NCBI GenBank assembly: GCA_903813345.2
Contig: CAIIXF020000001.1
Span: 38,316,001 to 38,380,000, forward strand
Source of the DNA: Owenia fusiformis
Lineage: Eukaryota
DNA: 64,000 nucleotides
Direction of reading: 5' to 3'
Shown here: positions 25,201-37,100 of the stretch, piece by piece
Position numbering within the stretch: the first letter of the stretch is position 1
Layout: every line of letters begins with the position of its first letter
Made by a program: the position numbers and the translations under genes
The notes under the pieces: generated by a model
Databases searched by the model: none
What the model was told of the DNA's origin: nothing
The model's input: the letters and a program-made list of their open reading frames with translations, nothing else

Positions 25201-28200
25201 CGCCATTGTATCTTGTTTCTTTCAACTGTAATTGTACCTGTACAATATAAATTGCTTCATTACGAAGATTTTCCGTCAAAATGCTTGGAAATGCTTGTGT
25301 AAGTCTATAAACAATGTAAAACCTTTTAAAACAAAAACAAGTGCGTTTAATAGGTATCTGATTAGACCTTTGTAAAGCAATACAATACCATATAGTGGGT
25401 GTCATATGGCACTATATGTTGGGGTGAAATAACCAAAAGTGACCCATGTAGGTATTGTTTTGTAGATTACTTCATTGTCTATTCATTTTTACTTGTATAC
25501 ACTCGTCAAGAAGACACGAAGGGAAAAGTGAAATTGAAAAAAATGCAAAATAGGAGGTGAAATTGATATTGATTTGTAATGATAATCCATTAGGATGTAA
25601 CGATACTACTAAAAACACACGAATCAACTTTATTTACAACTGTTTTCATATTTAGTAATTTTAAGTGATTTTTTAAGTCAGCACAATTTTATTAGTTCTA
25701 GATTTTTGTTTTGTCCTTCAAAATAAAACTTTGCAATAAATAGCACTTGCTCTTAGACAATGAGGATTTCAGCAAGGGTGCATTGAGATATGCTCTAGGC
25801 TATAGACTTAACGTGTCGATACCATATCCCTAGACTATAATAGATTCTGATGATATCCTCATGTAAAGTTAATAGTACATATCTCCATGTCCTTGCCGAG
25901 ATTCACATTTTCACAGAACAATGAGTTATTGCAATTTTTTATTTGGAACGACGAACATGTGAACAATAAAATTGTGTATAACGCTAATATGTTTTCAAAG
26001 TATCACTAAACGTGAAAAGAGCTGTAAGTAAAGATCCTTCGGTGAGCAATTGTATAATAAGTTACTCTGCCAAAAACTATTGTAATTCAATACTATCGAT
26101 GACAACAGTGATTTTTGAATAAAAAAAGCATTTTAAGCTCAGCATTACCACTTTTTTACCACAATTATTTTCAATATAATCACCACACCTAAATGAACTA
26201 TCATTACCAATTATTATAAAATTTACTTCGTATTTTGTATTTTTCCTGCAATTATTTGTATTTTTTTTGAAATTGAATTTAACACGCTTTCTGTCAATTT
26301 CTGGCTCGTTACACTAAGCTCGTTAGTTAGTCATTCCCCTGGGACGCCCTTCCCTAAGGTCATTTCCTGTTCATTGTTTCAGTCAAACAAAATCCCAGGA
26401 GTAAAGAATATAAAGTTACCAGCAACGATGGTGTACACAAAACCACTGGCTGAAATGAACACACTTGACTACGAGGATGTTTGGGTAGAGATGCGAGATA
26501 ACGTCGCATACGTCCATTTTGATTTCTATAACGGCGCCATGGACGTGTCACAGTGTCAACGCCTCCAACACATGCTCAAAAACATCAAACTGCAGGACAA
26601 CATAGATGTTGTGGTCCTTATGGGCGGAAAACGGTTCTTCTCAACTGGTAACTTTTTACATCAAATATCTATTTATACAATGCATAAAATAAACTTGTCC
26701 ATGTATCAAAACCGATTTAAACCTGCCTCCAGCTCGCTAAGTTTCCAGCCTATTGTCTCTCCTACCAGATGACTTCAGACCAATATCATGGTAATATAAG
26801 ATATACTTAAGTACTTCTAGCAGTCTGAGGGTGAGATAACTCGCCAATTTAAACTTTCCCCGGTTTAATGTAAAATTACATTGAAAATGGAAGCCCACGT
26901 GATAGAAATGCAAATCCAGTGAAATGTTCCAGACTGGGAAGAATTAATTTATTTTTTTCTGGGTAGATTCATCACTATTGTTACGCGGTAAACACGATCC
27001 GCAACGAATATGGCATATTCACTTGCGGTGTATGACAGATTCACCTGCGGTATATGGCATACACTCTAAACAATGAGAACGTGATACGGAAGTACGCAAT
27101 TGTCAATTGCATCGATTGAACGAACAAGTAAAACGTTATACATTATTATAATGATTACTGAATCATCGGTACTGTGTATCGAATATATTAACTTAGCAGA
27201 AGTATCAGCCACCAATCTCGCGTAATAAACTTACTCAATCAATCTAGGATTCATATATTAGTACTCAAAGCACTAACTATATTGGTAATCCAGCGTAGTT
27301 TTACATTTAGAGTCGATTCTCGCAACCAATTAAATCAAGGCTTTATATATGTCATATTCACCTGCGGTATATGGCATATTCCGCAAGTGAGTATGACATA
27401 TTCCGCAGGTGAGTATCGGGTATTCACTGAAATCAATGTATCGCATATTCACTGCGGAATATCGCATACTCACCTGCGGAATATGTCATATACCGCAGGT
27501 GAGTATGGCATATTCACCCGTATCACAAATACCGCGCACCATGAATGTATGCCATATACCGCGTAACAACTATGGTAATATATTAAATGGTAACTGGTCA
27601 AGTCGTACCCAAGACAACTCGTACCCAAGTCAAGTCGTACCCAAGACAACTCGTACCCAAGTTTATGTTTTGTTTTCAATCAAGTGTTGGAATGAGAATG
27701 GGTATACATGTAGATATACATATTTTAATTGTTACATACAGTTCAGAATAGTTTGAAGTATGTAGAAGAGTTTTTGGAAGAAATGTATTTAATTCTGTGA
27801 CATTTTGAGCTTTGAAAAATTAAATGTCAATCTATTTTGACTATTATTTTATATTGGTCACAGATTCAGGATGTTTGAAAGAAAAGACCTATGTTTATTC
27901 AATATATTCATAATCATTGTTCAAAATATTAGAGGTATTAAAATTTAGCAATAAAATATTCTAAATAATATTATATTATTCATACATGATATAATACACT
28001 TCGTATACATGTGTTCAAATATAATCCAATTAAGTTCAAAATGGAATAGAATTTAACAGATTAAACTTCCGTTATCAACTTCATCTAAATGCACTTAGCT
28101 AAATTAATTGTTTGATTCATTTGTAGATAAGTTACTGTCGTAATTATATTCATTTATATATATGTATGACAAAAAAAAGAGAGAACAAGCCCTTCAAAGC

Positions 28201-29697
28201 ACTTCTTTTATTTAAAAAAGGTGATCCAAGTTAAAACAAAATGCTTTGCTTAATCCATTCAGAAAAAATGTCTTCTTAATTCAGAAAAAATATTGAGGCT
28301 TATTTGATTCACATAACAACAATAAAACATTATTATACAGACTCAATTTGTTTTCCTAATATACACCCATAATACTGAAAATAAACTTGGGTACGAGTTG
28401 TCTTGGGTACGAGTTGTCTTAGGTACGAGTTGTCTTGGGTACGAGTTGTCTTGGGTACGAGTTGACTAGGAAGCTATTAAATAACTCAACTTCATTTACT
28501 TCAGAGTATAATGGACTATTTTCGATGTTTTAGTTGGATGACTAACGAAGAGTCGAAACTAAACCATTATACTCTGAAGTAAATGAAGTTGAGTTATTTA
28601 AATAAATCATATTTTACTTTCATCATATTGTCGAATCTCATCTTAATAAGTATACAATCCCCATTTGATAGGAATTCACCTGAATGTGATCGAGCAGGCA
28701 GATGAGCCACACATCGAGTCATATGCCAACATAGAAGCAATAGATGATGTCATCAAAGAATATGTTCAAATGGAAGATAAACTAGTTATAGCTTGTCTTC
28801 AAGGAAACGCTGGTGCCGGAGGTTGTATGATGAGCGCAGCAGCAGATTATACTATAGCCCATAAGGTAGTATCGGAGTATTGTCACTATACTTTTTAAAA
28901 TTCACTCAATGGTACACAATGACATTGCTTATGTCAATTGATTTCTTTAGATGAGCACGCGAGATTTTTATCTCTTCCTTAAATTTAGTTCCGTACCCCA
29001 AATATTCGAATAAGTAGTCCTTTAGCCTATTTAGAGCGATGTAAATTCATCTCGTTAAACCATGGACGTATACGACCATGGTTAAACATATCGTTTTGCT
29101 CCTATGTTTTAGTTAAGCCTGTGTATTTGTCATTTTAGTGCGTATCTTTGACGCCAACATACAAAAGCATGCACTTATATGGTTCTGAATATTGGACATA
29201 CTTCCTACCCAGGAAAATCGGGAACGAAATGGCGCTTGATCTCACGTCTCGCACAGACTCAATAATGGCCAGCGAGGCATACTCCATTGGCCTAGTTGAC
29301 GTTCTACTCGGAAGGTAATTGTATTGTGAATATGAATTAAGAAGCAAATTGTATTCTATTCCAAAGGCCTCGTTTTTGTAGCGATTGTTCTATTTAAGAG
29401 ATATCCAAAGACAAATTATGTATTCTTTATCACGACATGATTTATGTTCGTTGAAATACTGCATTTCTGCCAATATATTTCAGAAATGGTTATGAATTAA
29501 ATGACAACATTCATGAAGCAGTCACTGGTATTTGGAACAGCTTTGACAGTAGACTTGTTCTAAATTCGAAATCAAGGCGATCGGAAAAATGGTACGAAAA
29601 TCTGGAGGAGCACAGGGCAGCTGAATTACGTCTAATGAAGCAATGCTTTTCGGATCCAGCTTACCATTCTGCCCGCAGGGATTTTGTTTTTCATTAA
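22239..29697 (+). CDS. hypX: HypX/HoxX-like protein (N-terminal formyltransferase domain + C-terminal enoyl-CoA hydratase/crotonase domain), 8 coding exons, ~635 aa, with ~85-aa N-terminal extension
   Basis: Exons 22239-22404, 23686-24071, 24396-24722, 24963-25142, 26383-26647, 28672-28865, 29139-29314 and 29484-29697. All introns are GT-AG, phases match, and the total is 1908 nt with no internal stop. HypX-type motifs occur in order: CLLLCNSYNTLS, DIIICPFL, CLIVHPGIPGDRGPASIEFAI, WGVTVLQADEDFDRGSIW, RRIDW, DTQPG, LWVSHLK, KLPA, HFDFYNGAM, VLMGG..FFSTGIHLNVIE, GNAGAGG, PTYKSMHLYGSEYWTYFLPRKIG, RAAELRLMKQCFSDPAYHSARRDFVFH*. Confidence 0.93.
24830..24925. repeat. Degenerate (ACAAT/ACACT)n microsatellite in hypX-like intron 3
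   Basis: acaatacaatacaacact...acactacactacactaaactacact. Confidence 0.65.
26979..27568. mobile_element. Same TG...CA element, copy 2, in hypX-like intron 5
   Basis: Same termini and interior as 3268-3898; TSD ACTAT on both sides. Confidence 0.85.
27589..28474. mobile_element. Non-autonomous DNA transposon with subterminal tandem repeats and 8-bp TSD (MULE-like), in hypX-like intron 5
   Basis: GGTAACTGGTCAAGTCGTACCCAAG...CTTGGGTACGAGTTGACTAGGAAGC; TSD TATTAAAT. Confidence 0.85.
28477..28601. repeat. Hairpin / small palindromic MITE just upstream of hypX-like exon 6
   Basis: ~40-bp arms TTAAATAACTCAACTTCATTTACTTCAGAGTATAATGG and its reverse complement. Confidence 0.8.
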
Positions 29698-29787
29698 AAT
29701 ATAGCAACATGTTAAAATGAAGTGAACTCTTTTGAAAGAATTTAGGATTTGAATATTTTTTTGTATCAATGTAGAATCTAGAAATAT

Positions 29788-29793
29788 AATAAA
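29788..29793 (+). other. Candidate polyadenylation signal of the hypX-like gene
   Basis: AATAAA about 90 nt after the stop codon, followed by T/GT-rich sequence. Confidence 0.4.
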
Positions 29794-31653
29794 ATGTGTA
29801 TTTTAAGTTAATTTATTTTTTGGGGTATTTATTTTTAGCGATATTCTTTTGAACCAATCTAATTTTCCTTGTATAAGTATGATATTGAGAGTGCGTATAT
29901 GTCATTTTGTTCCAACGAGGGTAAGGTAGATGCTTCATTCCATGTCAAGAAATTGGCAGAAAAGGACAAGACAACAGTTTTGGGTTTACAAAAACAATTA
30001 CATATAAAAATATATAAATATTGCTAAAGTCAAAGTGGTACCATTCGATGACCATTTTCATAGAGCGTTATTTTTCGTTTGAATTTAGTTCACCAAATCG
30101 AAGGTCCTTTGAATTGAAATGGACCATCTGGAGTTTTCCTAATTTCTTCACGCAAATGCTGCCACATATAGCAGCTCCTTGCTAAATCAAAGTACACCAT
30201 CAAGTGGACCTTGTTCTCGGAGAGTTCGACCAATTACTTTGAAGTTACTTGGAGCAATCGCATTTGCAAACTGCTGGTTTTTAAAAAGCCGGCTTTCTAT
30301 AGCCAGTGCACGCTTGTAATACAAGAAACCGGCTTTCTGAAAGCTTGTTTGAAAGCAAGTTTCTGGTGCTAGTTAAGCATACTATTCTTTGGCGTTTTTC
30401 ATAAAAATACCTATAAATACCCATAACTTAAAAAAGTGAGCAATGTCATAAGTATTGTGATAATAACGTCCCTTATTTCTTTTTATTACAGGTCGTGTAG
30501 ACCATTGTTGCACGATTTATAGCAAAAACATTGACTTTTGCACGTTGGTGATGATGCGCCTTTTTTAATAGATCTCATATCTTAGAAGGGTATCAGTTCA
30601 AAGAAAATACTAGATGACCTAACATATTTTGCCATGCACTGCGCCTATTCATTTGGCAATTCAGTTGTAAATTTTCTCTTGAAAAAATAAATCTTCCGAA
30701 TTTGTTGAGCTTTCTTGCAGAAATCGCCTAATCCCCCTCCATCATTTTTGTACGATCAACGGGCGTGATACTGTGTTATCTGCTTTTCTATTCTAATTCG
30801 GATATAACTCCACTGTAGTTTATCTTATGTTACTCTCATTAATAGATGTCACTGTATGTATTCTTATAATATGAAATAGATATAAACTAGTAACCTCATC
30901 TTGACTGAAGTTCCAATACACCGCTGGAAAGCTGAGAGTATCCGCCTTTACCCTTAAACAGTTAGACTTACACCACGGTAAGGGGAAGGGGGAGATCTGT
31001 CTGTCCCCTATGATCTCAGAAACGAACAATCATAGGAGGCTGTATTAGGTATTATTGGAAAGGTTATTCAATTTCCAGTATTTCGAGCTTACTTATATTT
31101 AACTATGTTGAACCATTATTCATGAAGAAATTTATTTTCTTTGACAATTTGAGTATTTCAGTAACTTTAACAGCTCTAACTTTTCTCGAAGGGGGGTTAG
31201 AGTCACAATGTTTTCTTTTCACTGAAACAAGAAAAGCCCTTTCATCCCCAATGTACAGAGTGTTTCATATGTATGCACCCCTTCTAAAATCATATGTGGC
31301 ATTGCCGGCCATCCTATCATGTTATACATCATTTTGTTCCTCGTAGAAAGCTACATAAGATTTCACAATTTTTGAAAATTAGAAAAATAGTCAGAAACAA
31401 AATTTGTGGTCATAAAAAGGAAAAAAGATATCTTTTCAAATCATTTTTTTCATTTTTTTCTATTTCTAGAAATGAATTCAATTTTCAAAGCTCCTATCAT
31501 TCGAAGCAATATGTTGGGCACATTTTCTAAAAAATCAAAATATTCTGTTCAGTGATCTTTCGGAAACGCTAACTTTTAACTTTTTTATTCTGGAAGTGAT
31601 CATCATGGAAATTTGACACCTTTTTAGAAATGAGGTGAGTTTTGACATCCTGA

Positions 31654-31862
31654 GACCTTGAGAAAGACCTGAATAATGGATGTGAGATGATGCAAGATAC
31701 GTTTACTCATATATGGTCAAGAAATAGGAATCCTCTTCAACATTATTTTCTTTATTGACCTTGAGAAAGACCTGAATAATGGATGTGAGATGATGCAAGA
31801 TACGTTTACTCATATATGGTCAAGAAAAAGGAATCCTCTTCAACATTATTTTCTTTATTGAC
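31654..31862. repeat. Near-perfect tandem duplication, 103-bp unit x2
   Basis: gaccttgagaaagacctgaataatgg...ttttctttatt starts at 31654 and again at 31757. Confidence 0.85.
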
Positions 31863-33515
31863 CCATCTTCACTATATCGCTCAGATTTTGTTCAACTTTG
31901 AATAGGTTTTATCACATCATCGATGGGATAGAGTCGTCATGATGACGGCGTGACTGTGATCGTGATCGTTTTTAACATCGCGATTTCAGGAAAACCGCTC
32001 ATCAGATTTTCTCCAAATTCGCATACATGGATGGCTTCACCATGGCCTAACTGTTCAAATTCTTCAGTAATTTTCACCATCATACAAACAGATGTCTTGT
32101 TGAGGGCATGATGACACTGAAACTGTGCACGAAGGCCTAATCGTGATTTCAGAAAACATGACTATTCTTCAACAGTTCGATGTGTACCTGATATTTCAAA
32201 ACGCTTATCCTGAGGCTGAATTAACCTATCAGACCAATGTTTACAAAATATTCTGCAGAAGGTGAACTTTGCATTTTTATTGAAATATGACACAAATCTT
32301 TGGCACTTACACTTGCCAAATGTAACTCTCTCTTGAAAGCAGAACATTGGAAAAATGGACACATGGGATGTTACGCAGAGCGGAAATTAATGCTCTATAG
32401 CTTGTTGTTTTTATAACAATCGATTTGATGTCAGTTTTGATAGAAATGGCACAGTTGTATTGACTGTTATTGAAGTGTTTAAATTAAATGCCAAACAATA
32501 TACTATATCTAGTATATTAACAATACTATTTTTGTTATAAATCGCCGAATCGAGTCCACGTTAATGTAAGTAAATGTAACAGCGCCACTGTTGGAAATGT
32601 TGTGATAACTGAAGCAAGACAAATGATCAGATGCCGTGATAGCTAAGAGAAGGAATGTAAATGTGTTTCTAAGGCAGGCTGAGGATCAGTTTGTAATTTT
32701 GAACTTCGGTGATTTATTTTCTCTTTGATTATTTTCCTTGATATTAGATGCCAAATGTAAAGCACTATTCTATTCAGATTTTATGCAGTCTAAATTGAAA
32801 CGGAAAGACCAATGCAGGCCACGTAATAAGAGTCAAATATCAAGACATGTATTGAGACTATAAAATGGCCGAAAGCAAACAGAAAGAGTATACGAGTAAT
32901 GTTGGTTATGAAGAAATCTTTTCAAAGAACAAACCAATATTTCCCAAACTTTTTATCCTATTAACCTGTGATATCCGATCAAATGTAAAAATTAATTGAA
33001 GATAAGATGCAGATGTGTCAAAATTATTATATTATAATTATTATATCAAAAGTATTGAATTCAAATAGTGATAGTCATGGTTCACCAGAGAATCTGACAC
33101 TTCTCGTTTCTGCTATGGATTAAGTATGAGTACTGGGTTTTATGATAAATAATAACCGAGGGCCGTTAACCCAAGGATGTTATTTATCCTAAAGCCCAGT
33201 GCGAATGCTTTATCTAACTTAAGCCCCAAAGACTCTTATGAAAGATAAATGGTCCATAATCTAAGCTGGAAAATTTGATTTCTTTAGTATTGACTATTCA
33301 GTTGGGGGTAGGTGGTTTGATACATGTAAGTGAGTGGGTGGATATAATTAGTTAAGCTTTAGTGCATTGCATGTAAAGGTCAGGTACAGTTTAAAATTTG
33401 ATTTCTTTTTATAGACATCATTTGTGTTAACTATTCAACTATTGAATGAGTGAAGTGGGTGTAATTAGATCCATTTAAGTGTGACAGTCAATCGTCTTTC
33501 TTTACTACAACTGTA

Positions 33516-33731
33516 CAGGGTGTCAAATAAATATGTTCTCCAAGAGAATGAACTTTTGTGCATAAAAGTGCATCTAGTTGAGCTAGTCATCTGAAACTTC
33601 TTGTAGAGTTGCTTTCAAAGCCTAGTTTTAATGTGCTTAAGAACAATTTAGATTTTATTTAGACAAGAAAGTTACGCAGCATTATGTGGATGTTAAAGTT
33701 GAGTGGAAGAACATATCTACTTGACACCCTG
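33516..33731. mobile_element. Tc1/mariner-type MITE
   Basis: TA|CAGGGTGTCAAATAAATATGTTC...GAACATATCTACTTGACACCCTG|TA. Confidence 0.8.
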
Positions 33732-34144
33732 TATATTCTTTAAAACAAAAACAGTTAATCCTATTGTGTTGCTACCTAAGTGAGCTTAATATGCTTTAAT
33801 ACAATGCGTACCATTCTGCGCTGAGACAGCACGAGAGAGTGTACTGTCTTGCACTGCGTACTGTATAATAGAACCAATAATTTATCGGAGAAGTTAAGTT
33901 AAACCGGTCATTCCTATACACAAGCACTACACAAATGGCTTATTACCATCAAGTATGTGTTGAACTTCAAGGATTCTTCAGTTCTTTATACTTAAACCTT
34001 TTCCCGTAACTTAACCTTGAAACGGGCATCGAGACCACGCATTCATCTGGACTGGTTGGATCCGACGTGATTTTGGATTAATTTTACATCACTCGAAACC
34101 CCAACGGCAAAGTGTTTTATTTCGGACAGACAGATATTTGTAAG

Positions 34145-37100
34145 ATGAGGATATACATCTGTGTAATACTTTCTTTGGTGATGGTTCCAGCTGAATGCAT
34201 AAAGGATTTATGGCTGATCGGTTTGTTTCCATTTAACGGTTCGTGGCCTGGTGGACTAGGACAGGAACCCGCTGTTCAATTAGGGATCAAAGACGTGAAC
34301 AATGATCCCTATATTCTACCGGGATACCGACTAAGAATGACAGTCAGTAATACAGAGGTAATACTGAATTCTATTCGATATCTACACCTGTTACCTGGTA
34401 GTTTAAAACCAAGGTTTTAATTAAGCTCTCTCATCTATTGCGTCATGTGTTTGATTAAATTGAAGTGAAATTGGCTAATGCTAAATCACAAAATATAAAT
34501 ATGTATAAGTTCGGATTATATCTCAACAATTTATTTGCATTTGGTTAGTTAACATATACATAATCATGGTAGGACACCTTCACGACCACATGCATTGTCA
34601 CTTCGATAAAGTCAAGGGTTATGGAGTTATTATTGAGATTTCTGTTCCATCTCTGACCGTGTTACATTAATATTCCTGCACTATTCGTGATTTCGATTAA
34701 ATAGGTATATTTTCAAAGCGCAGAGCGGTCTTTTAGAAAGATAATCCTAGGATCAGTATTGCGAAAAATAATTAGATAACTCATTTATATGGTTCAGAGG
34801 TCTTATCAGACGTGACGCTACGGATATGAATAAAGAGAATAGTCCAACTCCACTCTTTTAATTTCGAAAGTATTGCTCTGTGAGAGTGCAAAGTGATGTT
34901 TTAGAATTCCCTCGGGTGAAATATAGTCGTAATTTGCAATCTCACCACAACTCGAATTTATTACTTAGTCATATTTTGATAGCACTGTCCCTACTGTGAA
35001 ACTTTTAACATAGACACTTGTACCAAAAATAGCTCTTAGTTACTACGGTTTTATCGCCTATAGTTTTATTTCACGTTTTTAGGGTTTTGTATGTTGGAGA
35101 CTCTCTTAAAAGTTTGAAACCTATTTTCTGTACAGCTATCGTTCCATTATACGCCTGAGGAAAAGCACGACAATCCATTTTAAACATCGGAATATTTTAC
35201 TAATTGTCACAATAATGCATTTAGTCTTGGTTCATTCTAGACTGTGGACCCCCATCTTCTACACCAAAAGTAGCAGACAAGGGGGGGGGGGATCCAGGAT
35301 CTTGAAGCAAGACTATGCATTTAGCTACACTAGCCGTTACAAAATATATTTGAATGATAATATACGTAAATGTTTTGTTTTCGAATCATACCCCTGTTAA
35401 TGGGATTGATCACTCAGATACTGGTAAAGTTACGGCTCTCGCGTATCTCTCCTCGATCCTCACACTTCGTTAACAAACGTTCGAGCATCTCAAACGTTCG
35501 AGCATCTTCCTTTCAATCAGTGGAACAGTCAACTACTTTATTTAGTACTCGTTTCATTATTCTTACAGCTCTAAAGAAGACGAAGCTATGATTATAATTC
35601 CTGGATGTTGGGTGGGGGGTCTTTTCAGTACCAGGACTTTAGTCCTGGGATCTTTCGTTATGTGCACCCATTGGATTACAATTTGGAAGTCATAACTGCC
35701 AAAAAATGTATACCTCAATAAACAGATAAATTCCTGAGTAAATACTTGTAAGTAGCATTCATTCTTTGTTGTTAAAACTCCGATTGTATGTGTTTAGCAG
35801 CAGAATGAGGAAATTTCGTTTTTCATCGTCCCTCTTGTCAAAATTGCGGAACTTTACAATTAAATAGCACGTAATTGAAAATGTACTTCTTTAACAAGTC
35901 TCCTATGGCGTCGGGGTAATAGCCTGTAAAATCTTGACCAAAACATGATACCAGTATTTGCGTTATCATGAAAAAAATCCTCTTGGTAAACGGCAGCCAT
36001 TTTGAATTTCGCCTGTCATTTTGAATTCAGCAGCCATCTTGAAAATCCCTTCTTGAGCGGAAAGGCATCAACAAACGCAATCCGAACCAAATCTGACAAC
36101 TGGTATTTCACTTATCAAAAATAATTTCATGAATAATGGGGGCCACTTTGAACTCAGCAGCCTTATTTTTTCAACAGGGTCTTATGTCCTAAGACTTCTG
36201 CGAAAAATTGAACCAAATCTGTTAATAATATATGAGTTATCAAAGATTATACTTCCAAGAAAAACGATAGCCATTTTGAATCGAGTGGACATCTTGGAAA
36301 TTCCATCGATAACCATATGTGTGAATACGCATATGTTTTGTAGAAATTAGGAATCAAAGTCTACTATATCAAGATAAAACCTCTATTTGCCTTTAAAATG
36401 TGTTTGTATGAACACTACAATTTTTAAGAAATATTGATTTACACGAAATCGATTGGACTATTGTTTTTGTTCGTCCTCACAAAAGATTGTCTGTTATGTT
36501 ACTGATCGTTCAAGTGCCTAAGATATGGATATTCATTATTTTTATCATTAATTAACAATGTTGCTCAGAAATAAGAATGTGCCATGTATTTTGGCTTTAA
36601 TGGTTCTGTCCGTCATTGGAATCACACTCACCGGAAGTAGCTATTGGATAGCTTGTTAAAGTCTGTTTATGTCTTGATATTTTGTTCCTAGATTCATTCA
36701 CAATAGGAAACTGATGAATTTGTTAAAACCGCCGACCATAAACTGGCTCTCATTAACATGTGGCATAACATATAGAACCTCGGCTGCCGAATCAGCCAAA
36801 GGGAAGTACAGTTATTGATCAATATAATAAAATGTTAACACTTGCACACAAATGATTCAAGTATTTCTAGTTTGATTATTATGATACAAGAGTGAACGGG
36901 TGAATGTTCAGTGTTCACTGTGTGGTGTAGTGATGCAATGGCCGAAGGAGCGAGTGGCTCATTGTGTTAGGTGGCCTTTTACAAACATAAATTATTGAGT
37001 GTAATAAATATATGAACACATGATATGTAAGTACTTTCATTTCCAAGTAACCCAGTATTTAGGGATGAACTTTCAACTCAATCATTGTTTTATTCGTGTC

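Noticed and set aside
22239..29697. Bacterial contamination or a hydrogenase operon
   Set aside because: The gene has seven spliceosomal introns containing host repeats, and no hyp/hox neighbours were recognised in the window.
23642..29710. Minus-strand ORFs overlapping hypX-like exons (e.g. 24392-24694, 29135-29347, 29522-29710)
   Set aside because: They are antisense shadows of real plus-strand coding exons.
29697..34145. Functional linkage between the hypX-like gene and the GABA-B-type receptor
   Set aside because: Only adjacency supports it, and gene neighbourhood in animal genomes is weak evidence without conserved synteny.
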